Below are positions 41,321-51,990 of a stretch of DNA of 64,000 nucleotides, piece after piece. The stretch covers positions 320,001 to 384,000 of the forward strand of contig CAWGMK010000013.1 in the NCBI GenBank assembly GCA_963823655.1, in the 5' to 3' direction. The DNA is from an uncultured Bacillota bacterium (GTDB lineage: Bacteria; Bacillota; DTU025; MWDF01). A program made the position numbers and the translations under genes. Positions within the stretch are counted from its first letter, which is position 1. Each line of letters opens with the position of its first letter. The notes under the pieces were generated by a model that was given only the letters and a program-made list of their open reading frames with translations, did not search any database and had not been told where the DNA came from.

Positions 41321-43149
41321 TTACTCGGCAATCATGGACACCCTTAATATCTCCTGCATCGTAGTTATACCCATCGTAGCTTTTATTGCGCCATCCACTA
41401 TCATGGGTTTCATGCCATTTCTCATGGCAACCTCTATGATCTGGTCCGACGTAGCCCTGGCATTGATGAGCTTCCTAATCTCCTCAGTAGTAATCATTAT
41501 CTCGAAAACGCCGGTTCGGCCGGAGTAACCGAGGCCGTTGCAGAACTGGCATCCGACCGGGTTGTACATCTTGACCGGCTCGGCCGGGTCGAATCCGGAT
41601 GACATTCCCAAGCTTCTTGACCCAGTTCCTCCACACTGCAAGGTCCGGAGTGTATTCTTTCCTGCAATGCTTGCACAAGAACGCGAACAAGCCTCTGCGC
41701 AAGGACCCCTAAGATAGAGCTGGACACCAAGAAGGGCTCGACTCCCATGTCGACAAGCCTGATCGGCGCGCCGCACGAATCGTTCGTATGCAATGTAGAA
41801 AGGACCAAATGCCCTGTCAATGCTGCATTTATCGCGATTCCGGCAGTCTCGCCGTCTCTTATCTCGCCGACCATTATGATGTCAGGGTCCTGCCTTAGAA
41901 TTGACCTCAAGCCGTTTGCGAAGTTCAATCCCGCCCTGGCGTTGGTCTGCACCTGGTTGATGCCGTCCAGCCTGTACTCAACAGGGTCTTCTACTGTAAT
42001 GATATTCAATGACGAGTCATTTATCTTGTTTAAACTGGAGTACAGCGTTCTCGTTTTTCCGGATCCTGTAGGGCCCGTAACCAGGATTATCCCGTAAGGC
42101 TTCTCCAACAGGTACCTCCACTGCTCCATGTTATCCTGCAGGAAGCCAAGCTGCTCAAGCTGCGTCTTCGCGCCTTTCTTAACCAAAAGCCTGCAGACGA
42201 CCTTCTCGCCGTAGATCGTAGGCAGCGTCGATACGCGAAGGTCCAGCTCCTCGTTCTCAATGACCAGCTGTATCCTGCCGTCCTGCGGCACACGCTTTTC
42301 AGCGATGTCCATGTTCGACATGACCTTGAACCTGGAAGCTATCGCATACCTCAGGTTTCTGGGCAGCTTCATCTGCTCGTGCAGTATGCCATCCACCCTG
42401 AAGCGCACTATAACAAAGTCCTGCCTCGGTTCCACATGTATGTCGGATGCGCCTTGTTTGTAGGCCTCGGATATGAGGGAGTTTACTATCCTGACAACTG
42501 GTCCCTCATCCCCGGCCACGTAGGAGGCCATATCGGTATCCTCATCCGCTGCTATGGTAGATACGCGCTCGTCGGATATCGACTTTATGATATCCTCAAG
42601 CCCTGATTCAGGATAATACCTGTTCAGGGCCATGCGCACATCCTCCTCCTTGGCGATGTAGGGGATTATGTTCATGCCCGTGATTATCTTTACATCATCG
42701 ATGGCGAAAACATTGATGGGATCCGCCATCGCGAGCTTCAGCTTGTCATTCACTATATCGATGGGGATTACCAGGTGTTTTCTGGCGATAGAACCGGGTA
42801 CAAGATCGAGGACGTCTGTAGGTATGATCTTATCCTTGAACGCGAACACCTCGAGGCCGAGCTGTTCTTTGAGGATTTCGACGATATCATCCTCAGTAAC
42901 CAGGTTTAAGGAGAGCAGGACTTTGCCTATCCTCTCCTTGGTTTTCTTCTGTTCCTCCATGGCGTTTTTAAGCTGATCATCAGTGATGACGCCCGTGGCG
43001 ACAAGAGCTTCACCAAGCCGCATCCTCTTATGGAAACCGGCGTATGCCTGCTTGCCGTTGGATCCGTTTCCGTTTACAGCCGATTTGGTCGCGCTGCCAT
43101 TTGGATCCTGCTCTTTGCCGGTAAACATCTTGCTATCGTTTTCAGGCAC
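41321..43149 (-). CDS. pilB: Assembly ATPase PilB (two frameshifts at 41600-41700)
   Basis: MshEN-like RLGEALV, ASDIHVEP, GPTGSGKT, LRQDPD and Zn-binding CKHC/CQFC motifs. Confidence 0.95.
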
Positions 43150-43197
43150 TGTGCCACCCCCTGACTGAAAGCCTTGTGCGGGTCGCGTGCTTCTATC

Positions 43198-44409
43198 TTA
43201 GCCCTGAATTTCCATCATCCTGTCCAGTATGATGTGTGATAGCTCCGCCTTGCTCATCCTGGGAAGGGATTCTACATTGCCCTCACCCCTGATAATGCTC
43301 ACAAGATTGTCCTCAGAGCCAAAAGGCTGATTTGCAGGCCCAATCTCGTTTACAACTATCATATCGAGCCCCTTGCGGGAATATTTCTTGAATGCGTTGT
43401 CGATCGCATCCTCCGTCTCGGCAGCAAAACCCACCATCAACTGGTTGGATTTCCTCCCTGACAGGGATTTTAGTATATCCGGGTTCTCAGTGAGTTGTAA
43501 ATCGATATCTTCAGAAAAACCCTTCTTCATCTTGCCTTTTCGGTTCTCGGCCGGCCTGTAGTCAGCCACCGCCGCCGTCGCTATGAAAGCGTCGCAGCCA
43601 TCGAAACCGGAGGAGAGTGCATCCATCATCTGGATTGCAGTTTCGACTCTGATCACCGACATGCCGAGCGGGTCTTTTAATGCAGTAGGCCCCGAAACGA
43701 GCGTTACCTCAGCTCCCCTGGCAGCCGCTGCGCTTGCCATGGCGTAGCCCATCTTGCCGGACGACCTGTTTGCGATATATCTTACCGGGTCTATCGGCTC
43801 GACAGTCGGCCCAGCCGATACTAAAACCTTCATGCCCTTAAGAGAGGGCCTGCCGTTTGCGAAATATGCGTGCCTTACGACTTCGAAAATCTCTTCCGGC
43901 TCCGCCATGCGTCCGGGGCCCTCTGTGCCGCAGGCAAGCCTGCCCTGCACCGGCCCTGCGAATACATATCCGAGCCCTCTCAGCTTATCAACGTTGCCGC
44001 GCACAACGGCGTTCTCCCACATCGCATCGTTCATCGCGGGAGCCACTACCACAGGGCACCTGGATGCCATGAGCGTCGTCGTGAGCATATCGTCCGCGAT
44101 GCCGTTTGCCGCCTTGCCCAGGAAGTTCGCAGTCGCCGGGCAGACGAGGAAAAGCTGCGCCCTCTTGGCCAGGGACACATGCCTTACATCCCATTCCTCC
44201 GGCTCATCGAACATGTCGGTGACGACGGGGTTTCCGGTCAGGCTCCTGAAAGTAAGGGGCGCCACGAACTTCTGGGCGTTCGCGCTCATAATCACATGTA
44301 CATCGAAGCCGGCCTTGTTAAGCCGGCTTGCGAGCAGGGTCGACTTCGCAGCAGCTATGCCGCCTGTCACTCCCATGATTATTGAAGGTCTCGTTTTATC
44401 TTCAGTCAT
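43198..44409 (-). CDS. coaBC: Bifunctional CoaBC
   Basis: GVTGGIAA, PATAN, PAMN, DPVRYIANRSSGKMG and GFAAET motifs. Confidence 0.96.
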   Translation of the reverse strand: MTEDKTRPSIIMGVTGGIAAAKSTLLASRLNKAGFDVHVIMSANAQKFVAPLTFRSLTGNPVVTDMFDEPEEWDVRHVSLAKRAQLFLVCPATANFLGKAANGIADDMLTTTLMASRCPVVVAPAMNDAMWENAVVRGNVDKLRGLGYVFAGPVQGRLACGTEGPGRMAEPEEIFEVVRHAYFANGRPSLKGMKVLVSAGPTVEPIDPVRYIANRSSGKMGYAMASAAAARGAEVTLVSGPTALKDPLGMSVIRVETAIQMMDALSSGFDGCDAFIATAAVADYRPAENRKGKMKKGFSEDIDLQLTENPDILKSLSGRKSNQLMVGFAAETEDAIDNAFKKYSRKGLDMIVVNEIGPANQPFGSEDNLVSIIRGEGNVESLPRMSKAELSHIILDRMMEIQG

Positions 44410-44716
44410 TCGGCTCAGCGCCATCCTCCATGTCGGTAGCGCCTTCCTCGGACCCTTCCTCGAACTCCTCGAGAAGCTCTACCTGTTCTTCAGCGATGTC
44501 CGGGATCTGCTCGTCGGCCGCGGGCGCATAGGATATAAGATCCTCTGCGATCTCGCGGAAGGCTCTGGAGACGGGCTTCTCCTGTATCCAGTCATCGTTG
44601 GGCGCATCGGGGCTCTTCACAAGGTTTCTCGCCCGCTTTGAGGCCATGACGACCAGCGTGTACTTGTTCTCGGCCTTTGGCATCAATTCTTCGATGGAGG
44701 GCTTTATCATAGACAT
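44402..44716 (-). CDS. rpoZ: RNA polymerase omega subunit
   Basis: KPSIEEL...NKYTLVVMASKRAR...KPVSRAFREI. Confidence 0.93.
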   Translation of the reverse strand: MSMIKPSIEELMPKAENKYTLVVMASKRARNLVKSPDAPNDDWIQEKPVSRAFREIAEDLISYAPAADEQIPDIAEEQVELLEEFEEGSEEGATDMEDGAEPND

Positions 44717-44771
44717 GTATCTAACCACCTCATAGACATATTAGGCCGGTCTTCCGGCTTTGCAACTATAT

Positions 44772-44780
44772 ATTATAACA
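44772..44780 (-). promoter_or_regulatory. Extended -10 element upstream of rpoZ
   Basis: TGTTATAAT in the gmk-rpoZ intergenic region. Confidence 0.45.
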
Positions 44781-44793
44781 CGGCGCAAGGCCC

Positions 44794-45399
44794 TTATTCC
44801 GCAGGCTTCTCAAGCCTCGATACTTTTAGCCTCTCCGCGCCGATAATGTTCCTGACCAAGCCGACCGCCTTCTGGAGGTAGTCGTTGATGACGTAGTAAT
44901 CGTAGCCGTAGATCTCCTTCATCTCCTGCTCGGCCTTCCTGATGCGCATCTCAATCACTTCCATGGAGTCTGTGCTCCTGGCGATGAGGCGCGATTTCAG
45001 TTCGTCGAAGGAAGGAGGCGTAAGGAAGATGAGCACGGCCCCGGGCATCTGCCTTTTGATCTCTGCCGCCCCGCGGCACTCGATATCGAGGACGACGTCC
45101 TTGCCCTCCTCGACCATCCTCTCGATGTAGTCCTTAGGGGTTCCGTAAAGGTTTCCCACATATTCCTGGTACTCGAAGAATTGGCCCTCGGCGGCCTTCT
45201 TAAGGAAGTCCTCACGGCTGAGGAAGAAATAGTTGATGCCGTCCGCTTCGCCCTTCCTGGGCTTTCTTGTTGTCGCGGATATCGAATAACAAAGTTCGAG
45301 GTCCTCCTTCAGGAGTGAGGCAAGCACTGAGTTCTTTCCCACCCCTGAAGGCCCCGAAATGACGAAAAGTATGCCCTTTTTGCGCTTTAGTCCCTGCAT
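44794..45399 (-). CDS. gmk: Guanylate kinase
   Basis: SGPSGVGK, SATTRKPR and YGTP motifs. Confidence 0.97.
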   Translation of the reverse strand: MQGLKRKKGILFVISGPSGVGKNSVLASLLKEDLELCYSISATTRKPRKGEADGINYFFLSREDFLKKAAEGQFFEYQEYVGNLYGTPKDYIERMVEEGKDVVLDIECRGAAEIKRQMPGAVLIFLTPPSFDELKSRLIARSTDSMEVIEMRIRKAEQEMKEIYGYDYYVINDYLQKAVGLVRNIIGAERLKVSRLEKPAE

Positions 45400-45446
45400 A
45401 GCCTCTACCTCAAAGTTTTCGCGGCTATGCCGCGGACAGATGGATG

Positions 45447-45761
45447 CTATTTCTTCGCAAAATGCTCCCTCAGAGCTTCGATCTGACGCGTGCCGAGGCC
45501 CTGTACCCTGCGGTTCTCGTCGATTCCGATCTCATACATGATCTTCGCGGCGCGGACCTTGCCTATCCTGGGCAGGGACTGGAGTACATAGGAGACCCTC
45601 ATCTTTCCGATGACTTCGTCTCCCGTCTTCTTGAGGATCTGGTCGAGGGTTATCTTGCCCTTTTTCAGCTCGGCACGGATCTTGGCCCTCTCGGATCTGA
45701 CCTTCTGTGCCTTCATCAAGGCCTTTTTCTTCTGCTCCGGTGTCAGTTTGGGAAGCGGCAT
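45447..45761 (-). CDS. mihF: Integration host factor, actinobacterial type (mIHF/sIHF-like)
   Basis: LPKLTPEQ...ALMKA...LKKG...LQSLPRIGKVRAAKIM...RRVQGLG (H2TH fold pattern). Confidence 0.88.
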   Translation of the reverse strand: MPLPKLTPEQKKKALMKAQKVRSERAKIRAELKKGKITLDQILKKTGDEVIGKMRVSYVLQSLPRIGKVRAAKIMYEIGIDENRRVQGLGTRQIEALREHFAKK

Positions 45762-45819
45762 TCTAAGCACCTCCATTTTCTTATATCGCATTATCGACGG
45801 TTCGTTCCGCCGTACGCGC

Positions 45820-46692
45820 CTATTCGATGTTCTGGATCTGCTCTCTTATCTTCTCTATCTCGCTTTTGAGATCCAAAACTATGCCCGTTATCCTGATATC
45901 CTGCGATTTGGACCCTATTGTGTTCGTCTCCCTGTTCATCTCCTGCACAAGGAAATCCATCTTGCGGCCAATGGGACCGTCCACTCTCAGCATCCCGGTA
46001 AATTGCGAAAGGTGGCTTCTGAGCCTTACGGTCTCCTCGGTGCAGTCGCACTTCTCCGCCATGAGGGCCGCCTCCTGGGCGAACCTCTGCTCATCCACGG
46101 TGAGCTTGATCTCCTCGAGCTTCTTCATGAGCTTCTCTCTGTATGCGGGAGCTCCTTCAGGCATGACCCTTTCGATTTCCGTAAGGCCTTCCTTTATAAG
46201 CCCAAGCCTGGACTCGATATCCTTTACGAGGGACTTGCCCTCGGACGATCTCATTACTATCAGGCTTTCAAGCGCTTCCTTGGCGGCGGCCGACAGGACC
46301 TCCCAGATAAGCTCGACGTCAGCGGGAATGTCCTTCAGGCTGATTACATCCGGAAACGATGCCAACCTGGATACTCCGGCATCTGACTCCTGACCCAGCT
46401 CCTCAGCTATTTCAAGCAGTGCCTCATGGTAAGCCTTGGCAAGAGCCTTATCGACTACGACTTTCCTAGGGGCGCCTGCAAGCCAGTCGACAGTGACGTA
46501 CATGTCTATCTTGCCGCGGTCTAGCATCTGCGTAATGAGCTTTCTTAGTCTGTCCTCAAGCGCCGAGAGCTCACGCGGCATCCTTATGTTCGTGTCAAGG
46601 AACTTGTTGTTGACCGCCTTGATCTCCACGAGGATGTCGATCAAATCGGACCGGGACTCCCCTCTTCCGTATCCGGTCATGCTTCTTGGCAC
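45820..46692 (-). CDS. yicC: YicC/YloC-family endoribonuclease
   Basis: SMTGYGR, GRKMDFLVQEMNRETNTIGSK and IREQIQNIE motifs. Confidence 0.95.
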   Translation of the reverse strand: MPRSMTGYGRGESRSDLIDILVEIKAVNNKFLDTNIRMPRELSALEDRLRKLITQMLDRGKIDMYVTVDWLAGAPRKVVVDKALAKAYHEALLEIAEELGQESDAGVSRLASFPDVISLKDIPADVELIWEVLSAAAKEALESLIVMRSSEGKSLVKDIESRLGLIKEGLTEIERVMPEGAPAYREKLMKKLEEIKLTVDEQRFAQEAALMAEKCDCTEETVRLRSHLSQFTGMLRVDGPIGRKMDFLVQEMNRETNTIGSKSQDIRITGIVLDLKSEIEKIREQIQNIE

Positions 46693-46840
46693 TCGTACAC
46701 TCTCCTGTTCAAAGCCTTATTTACGCTTATCATAGACACGACTTCACTTATTTGTAAATGCATAATCCTTCACGCTGCGCTTTAGTGGCCCTTATGCCCC
46801 GTTTACTGCCTCTTAGCAAATACCGCATTATGCTGTCATT

Positions 46841-46868
46841 ATTCAACCCATTCAGTAAAAATCCTTCT
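46841..46868 (-). promoter_or_regulatory. sigmaH-like promoter upstream of yicC
   Basis: GAAGGATTT-N11-GTTGAAT. Confidence 0.45.
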
Positions 46869-46929
46869 TTGTGGGGACAAAATACATTAAAATATAGATA
46901 ATTCTTGATTTTAGCGGGTTTTTACCGGG

Positions 46930-48630
46930 ATGGAGGGCGAAATGAGGCTTGACGGCCTTACCTTGAACGAACTTGCCAAGGAGATCGACCTTCGATGCAA
47001 GGGCTTAAGAGTCGAGAAGGTCACTTCCGCGGGCAGGCATGCGGTGCTCATAAGCCTTCAGAGGGGAAACGACCTTCTGGTAAGCTCTTCCCCCAATGGG
47101 GCAAGGGCGGTGCTCACATCCGCAAAGACCGGGGCAAGGGCCGAGTCCGTGGGCTTCGTAATGGTGCTGAGGAAATATATCGAGGGCGGAAGGTTCCTCA
47201 GGGCTTCGAAGAGAAGCCAGGAGAACGCGATAGAGCTATGGTTGCAGGGATGGGACGACGACGAGGGCATTAAGCCCAAGTTGCTTCTGCTCGAGGCAGT
47301 GGGGCCGAAGTCCAACATCTTCTTCCTCGATGAAAACAATACCATCCTTGGCTCCCTGAAGGGCACGGATGACAGAAGGGCAGGCGCCCCCGGCCAGATT
47401 TTCGAGCCCCTGCCGCCTTTCGATATGCCGGACGCGCTAAGCTGCACAAAAGACGCCTTCATCGCCTCAGCACTGCGCAGAAAGGCTGAGAAGGGCGATA
47501 TTGGCCCCGCCAAGGCGATCGCTGGCGGGCTTTATGGGCTATCTGTGGAACATGCGGCCGATTTGATCGCCGCATCGGGCGTTCGCGGCGCGGACGTCTC
47601 TGCCGCTGCTGAAAGCGCATACTTGCTTCTCAGAAGAAGGCAGGAGGAGTTCGGTTCGGATGTGTGGCCTTGCTGCGAGGCATCCGGTGAAAAGGGACCT
47701 CGGGCATCTCTTATCCTTTGCGCAAGGGGCGCGGGATCGGGGCCATCGGAATGCGTTGAGGGCATTCTCGGAAGGCTGGAGAAGGACGATCAGGTATCGC
47801 AAAGGAAAGCGAAGCTCTTAAAGACCGTGGAATCTGCCCTTTCAAGGGCTGTCGGGAAATCCCATGCGAGGCGCACGGAGCTGGCATCTTCCAAGAAAAG
47901 CGACACTTACCGCATATGGGCGGACGCGATACTCTCCTCCATGCACGAGCTGCCCAAGATGCTGCCTGCTACCGCAACCCTTCCCGATTACTCAGTTGAC
48001 GGTGACAAGCTCATTGAAGTCCCCCTGGATGCAAGGTTTGGCGCTTCGCAGAACGCCGAGCGCTACTATCAGATGTACAACAGGGGCAGGCGCGCCGAAA
48101 AGGCACTCGCTGAGCTTATTAGCTCGGCAGATGCCGAATGCGAATACCTGGCAGGTGTAAAGGATGCCTGCGAAAGGGCGGAGGATGAGATAGTGCTCGA
48201 CCAGATCCGGGAGGAGCTGGAGATGGCGGGCTACTTGAAGCGCGAGGGGGGCAAACCGGGCAAGAAGCAGGATAAGAAAGCCGCGCAACCCGTGCAATAC
48301 CCGCTCTCTACCGGACATAAGGCGCTAGTGGGCAGGAACAATGTGCAGAATGAGGAGCTTACTTTCAAGATAGCCAACCCCTGGGACATTTGGCTTCACA
48401 TAAAAGGCGCCCCTGGCTCTCATGTTGTAATAAGGCTCGACAAGGGCGAAAAGGTGCCGGAGGCGGCGCTTGAGCAGGCAGCAAGCCTTGCCGTCATGAG
48501 CTCGTCGCTCAAGGGCAAAGGCAGGGCCGAGGTGGATTACACAGAGGTTCGCAAAGTGAAGAAGATAAAAGGCGGGTTGCCTGGGGCAGTAACCTATACT
48601 GACCAGCGCACGATTAATGTAAAGCCTTAG
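46930..48630 (+). CDS. rqcH: RqcH/FbpA (NFACT family) ribosome quality control factor
   Basis: LDGLTL, LRKYIEG, QNAERYY, VGRNNVQNE, WLHIKGAPGSHV and VDYT motifs. Confidence 0.92.
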   Translation: MEGEMRLDGLTLNELAKEIDLRCKGLRVEKVTSAGRHAVLISLQRGNDLLVSSSPNGARAVLTSAKTGARAESVGFVMVLRKYIEGGRFLRASKRSQENAIELWLQGWDDDEGIKPKLLLLEAVGPKSNIFFLDENNTILGSLKGTDDRRAGAPGQIFEPLPPFDMPDALSCTKDAFIASALRRKAEKGDIGPAKAIAGGLYGLSVEHAADLIAASGVRGADVSAAAESAYLLLRRRQEEFGSDVWPCCEASGEKGPRASLILCARGAGSGPSECVEGILGRLEKDDQVSQRKAKLLKTVESALSRAVGKSHARRTELASSKKSDTYRIWADAILSSMHELPKMLPATATLPDYSVDGDKLIEVPLDARFGASQNAERYYQMYNRGRRAEKALAELISSADAECEYLAGVKDACERAEDEIVLDQIREELEMAGYLKREGGKPGKKQDKKAAQPVQYPLSTGHKALVGRNNVQNEELTFKIANPWDIWLHIKGAPGSHVVIRLDKGEKVPEAALEQAASLAVMSSSLKGKGRAEVDYTEVRKVKKIKGGLPGAVTYTDQRTINVKP

Positions 48631-49766
48631 TGCATGTAGCCGCTGCTTTCCGAAAGCAGCCTTTCGATTAGCATACCGGGCGTTTCGGAAGCAGCCGAAA
48701 TGTAACCCCACCCCATATGAGTAAACAGGTCGGTCCCAAGCTTGCCGGTGTCCTTCCTCAATGCCGCAATCGACGTGCGCGCATCCTTCAGGCTCATCGG
48801 GGCGGGCCGTCCATCTGTTATCCTCAAAGGCGTAATCTCGGCCTCGGGCCGCTCTCCGAGGCTCAGCTTGATGCGCGCTATCATGCTTTCTGTGGTGTTT
48901 CCGAAAGCCTGGTCGAATACGAAGTTTCCGAGCGAGTAGAATATGAGCCCTCCCTTGTAGGCCTCGAAGGGCTGAAGAACATGCGGGTGATGCCCCAGCA
49001 CGATGTCCGCGCCCGCTTCTATTGCCGCGTGCGCCCGCTCTATCTGCGCTTTTTCCGGCATCCTCATGTATTCCTGCCCCCAATGTATAGACACGACCAC
49101 GAAATCGGCAGTCCTTTTCATGCGGGAGATGTCCTCCTGCATCATCCAAATGAGTGCCGGCGCCATGCCGGGCACGTTCTTACCTGCGGCGAAGGTCCTG
49201 GTGTAAAAAAAGGACCAGAATATGTCGTGGAAGTCCGAGTAGGCAAGAAAGCCCACCTTCACACCGCCTGCCGTGATCACTCTGCCCATACGCGCAGATG
49301 CAATATCTGCTCCTGCGCCAACATAAGCGATGCCGGCATCATCCAGGTGGGACATCGTATCCAAGAGCGAAATCTCATCGTAATCCATGATGTGGTTGTT
49401 GGCGGCGGATACAATGTCGATGCCGGCGTCCTTGAGCAGGCCCAGCCTCTCCGGCTTCGTCCTGAACCATATGCCCTTGCCGGGCATCCTGCGCCCTCTG
49501 TTTGAAACCGACGTCTCTAAGTTCACGAAGGCGATGTCGGCGCCCTCAAGAATGCCCGAAACTGCAGAAAACGGCCAGCTTTCGCCATGCTTGAGCATAG
49601 CTGTTGCCACGCCCCTGTCAAGCATGACGTCCCCCGCCGCGGCAAGGATTATGCCTTCAGCTTTGCTTGCTTCATAAGGCAGGCTCTGCAAAGGCGCTGC
49701 AATAGAAATCCCCGCCGCAAGAAGAGCGGCGAGGATCGATGAAATTAGGATCCTTATTTTCAACAT
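48627..49766 (-). CDS. CapA (PGA_cap) family secreted metallophosphatase-fold protein
   Basis: AGDVML, NLET, ANNHIMD, HWGQEY, GHHPHV and YSLGNF motifs. Confidence 0.9.
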   Translation of the reverse strand: MLKIRILISSILAALLAAGISIAAPLQSLPYEASKAEGIILAAAGDVMLDRGVATAMLKHGESWPFSAVSGILEGADIAFVNLETSVSNRGRRMPGKGIWFRTKPERLGLLKDAGIDIVSAANNHIMDYDEISLLDTMSHLDDAGIAYVGAGADIASARMGRVITAGGVKVGFLAYSDFHDIFWSFFYTRTFAAGKNVPGMAPALIWMMQEDISRMKRTADFVVVSIHWGQEYMRMPEKAQIERAHAAIEAGADIVLGHHPHVLQPFEAYKGGLIFYSLGNFVFDQAFGNTTESMIARIKLSLGERPEAEITPLRITDGRPAPMSLKDARTSIAALRKDTGKLGTDLFTHMGWGYISAASETPGMLIERLLSESSGYMH

Positions 49767-49770
49767 GGAC

Positions 49771-51064
49771 CTATTCTTCGAACCTTGAGAATATTTCGTC
49801 TACGAAAGCAAGGTGCCTGTCGTAACCGAAGCACTCGTCAAGCTTATCCGATGAGAGCCTGCCGCTCACCTCCGGATCCTGCTCGCACAGCTTCCTGAAG
49901 GATGATCCCTCGTCCCAAGCCTTAAGGGCGTTTCTCTGCACTATTGCGTAGGCGGCGTCCCTCATAAGCCCCGAAATCTACTAGGGCGAGCATAACAGAT
50001 CCCGAGAAGACCAGGCCTCCTGTGGATTCCAGATTTCTTATCATCCTGTCCGGCCTAATGACTAACCCCTCTACTATCCAGGTGAACTTCCTGATTATAT
50101 AGTCGGCGATTATGGTGCTGTCGGGGATGATCACCCTCTCCACTGAGGAATGGGAGATGTCCCTCTCGTTCCAAAGCGCTACGTCCTCAAGGGCCGCCAT
50201 GTGGTTCGACCTCAGAAGGCGCGCCATGCCGCAGACCCTCTCGCAAGTTATGGGGTTCTTCTTGTGGGGCATCGCCGATGAGCCCTTCTGGCCTTTGCCG
50301 AAAGGCTCCATGAGCTCGGAGATCTCGGTCCTTTGCAGGGATCTGATCTCCGTTGCGAACTTCTCAAGCGAGCTTCCCAGAAGCGCTAAGGAGCCGGTAT
50401 AGGCCGCATACCTGTCGCGCTGTATAACCTGGGACGACACCTTGGCAGGGCTAAGGCCCAGCCTTGTGCAGACATACTCCTCCACGTAAGGCGGCACGCC
50501 GGCGTAAGTGCCCACCGGGCCCGAAATCTTGCCCACCGATATTTCGATGCTAGCGGCCTCGAGCCTCTCCTTTGCCCGTAGAAGCTCCGAGTACCAATTG
50601 ATCAACTTCAGGCCCAAAGTGATGGGCTCCGCGTGTATGCCGTGCGTCCTTCCCACCATAATGGTCTTCTTGTGCTCATCCGCCTTTATCTTGACTGCGT
50701 CTAGCAGCCTGTCGAGCGAGCCCAGGATTATGCCCATAGCCTCTTGCATGTTGACCGCCATCGCCGTATCAAGCATGTCCGAGCTTGTCATGCCAAGATG
50801 CAAGTGCTTAGCGGGCTCGCCTACCTGTTCTGCGACCGCACTGAGGAACGCTATTACGTCGTGGTTCGTCGTGCGCTCGATTTCGGCAACCCTTTTGGGG
50901 TCTATCCTTATGGGATCCTTGAAGGCACGAAGCTCGTCCTTCGGCACCCTGCCCAGATTGCTCCAGGCCTCGGCTGACAGCACCTCCACTTTAAGCCATG
51001 TCTCGAACCTGTGCTCATCGCCCCAAATAGCCTTCATCTCGGCGTAGCCGTATCTGTCAATCAT
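49771..51064 (-). CDS. purB: Adenylosuccinate lyase (frameshift near 49970)
   Basis: MIDRY, GRTHGIHAEP and GSSAMPHKKNP motifs; C-terminus in ORF 49771..49965. Confidence 0.96.
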
Positions 51065-51990
51065 CTTTTGGCACCCCCCTGGTACTGCCTGAGAATCGAT
51101 AATGCTTTCTTGAACTCGGCGCCCGGCTCGGAATTGAACTCCATCGCCCGCCCGTCGGCAGGATGGCTCAGCTGCAGCTTCACGGCGTGCAGTGCCTGCG
51201 AGCTCAAGGCCAATTCCCCGCTCGTCCCGCCGTACTGCAAGTCCCCTGCGACTGGATGGCCAATATAGCTCATGTGCGCCCTGATCTGGTGCGTCCGGCC
51301 CGTCTGCAGTTTAAGCTCCACCAGCGTATAGCCCTGGAACCTCTCGAGAACCTTGAAGAAGGTAACGGCGCTTCGCCCGTCGGGTTTTGCCGACATCTTC
51401 TTCCTGTCATTTGTGTTTCTACCTAAGGGCACGTCAATCCTTCCCGATTCCTCCCCAAAGCCGCCCTTTACTATCGCATGGTAGGTCCTGCCCATCCTGC
51501 GCGCCGCAAGATCTGCCGAAAGCTTGATATGGGAGTTGTCGTTCTTGGCTACGACCATCAGGCCGGATGTGTCCTTGTCCAAGCGGTGGACGATTCCGGG
51601 CCTTGCCACCCCGCCGATGGAAGAAAGGCCGCCCTCCCTGCCCAAAAGCAGGTTCACGAGAGTCCCCGTGCTTCTGCCGGCCCCCGGGTGCACCGTAAGC
51701 CCTTTAGGCTTGTCGACGACTATGATATCCTCATCTTCATACACTACGGCCAGCTCGCCGGATTCTGCCGCTAATTCTGACTTTCCAGGCACGTCAGGGA
51801 AGTCCACCAGGACCTCATCCCCTGTTTGCATCCTGTATGAAGCCTTCTCTGCCCTGCCGTTTACGCCCACTTTGCCGGTTTCGATAAGCTTTGCTGCAAA
51901 AGAGCGCGAAGGGGCCAAAGACCCCTTCGCAAGGAAAGTATCCAACCTTGTCCCCGAATCCTCGGAGGCTGCGGTTGCGTTGCGGAACAT
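51061..51990 (-). CDS. rluD: RluA/RluD-family pseudouridine synthase
   Basis: S4 domain, HRLDKDTSG and TGRTHQIR motifs. Confidence 0.9.
   Translation of the reverse strand: MFRNATAASEDSGTRLDTFLAKGSLAPSRSFAAKLIETGKVGVNGRAEKASYRMQTGDEVLVDFPDVPGKSELAAESGELAVVYEDEDIIVVDKPKGLTVHPGAGRSTGTLVNLLLGREGGLSSIGGVARPGIVHRLDKDTSGLMVVAKNDNSHIKLSADLAARRMGRTYHAIVKGGFGEESGRIDVPLGRNTNDRKKMSAKPDGRSAVTFFKVLERFQGYTLVELKLQTGRTHQIRAHMSYIGHPVAGDLQYGGTSGELALSSQALHAVKLQLSHPADGRAMEFNSEPGAEFKKALSILRQYQGGAKR

Noticed and set aside
30231-43149. Phase variation or pseudogenisation of the pilus locus
   Set aside because: There are no long slippage tracts, and the same type of indel breaks essential genes across the window.
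48627-49766. Poly-gamma-glutamate capsule locus
   Set aside because: Only a lone CapA-family gene is present, without capB or capC; such orphans are common.
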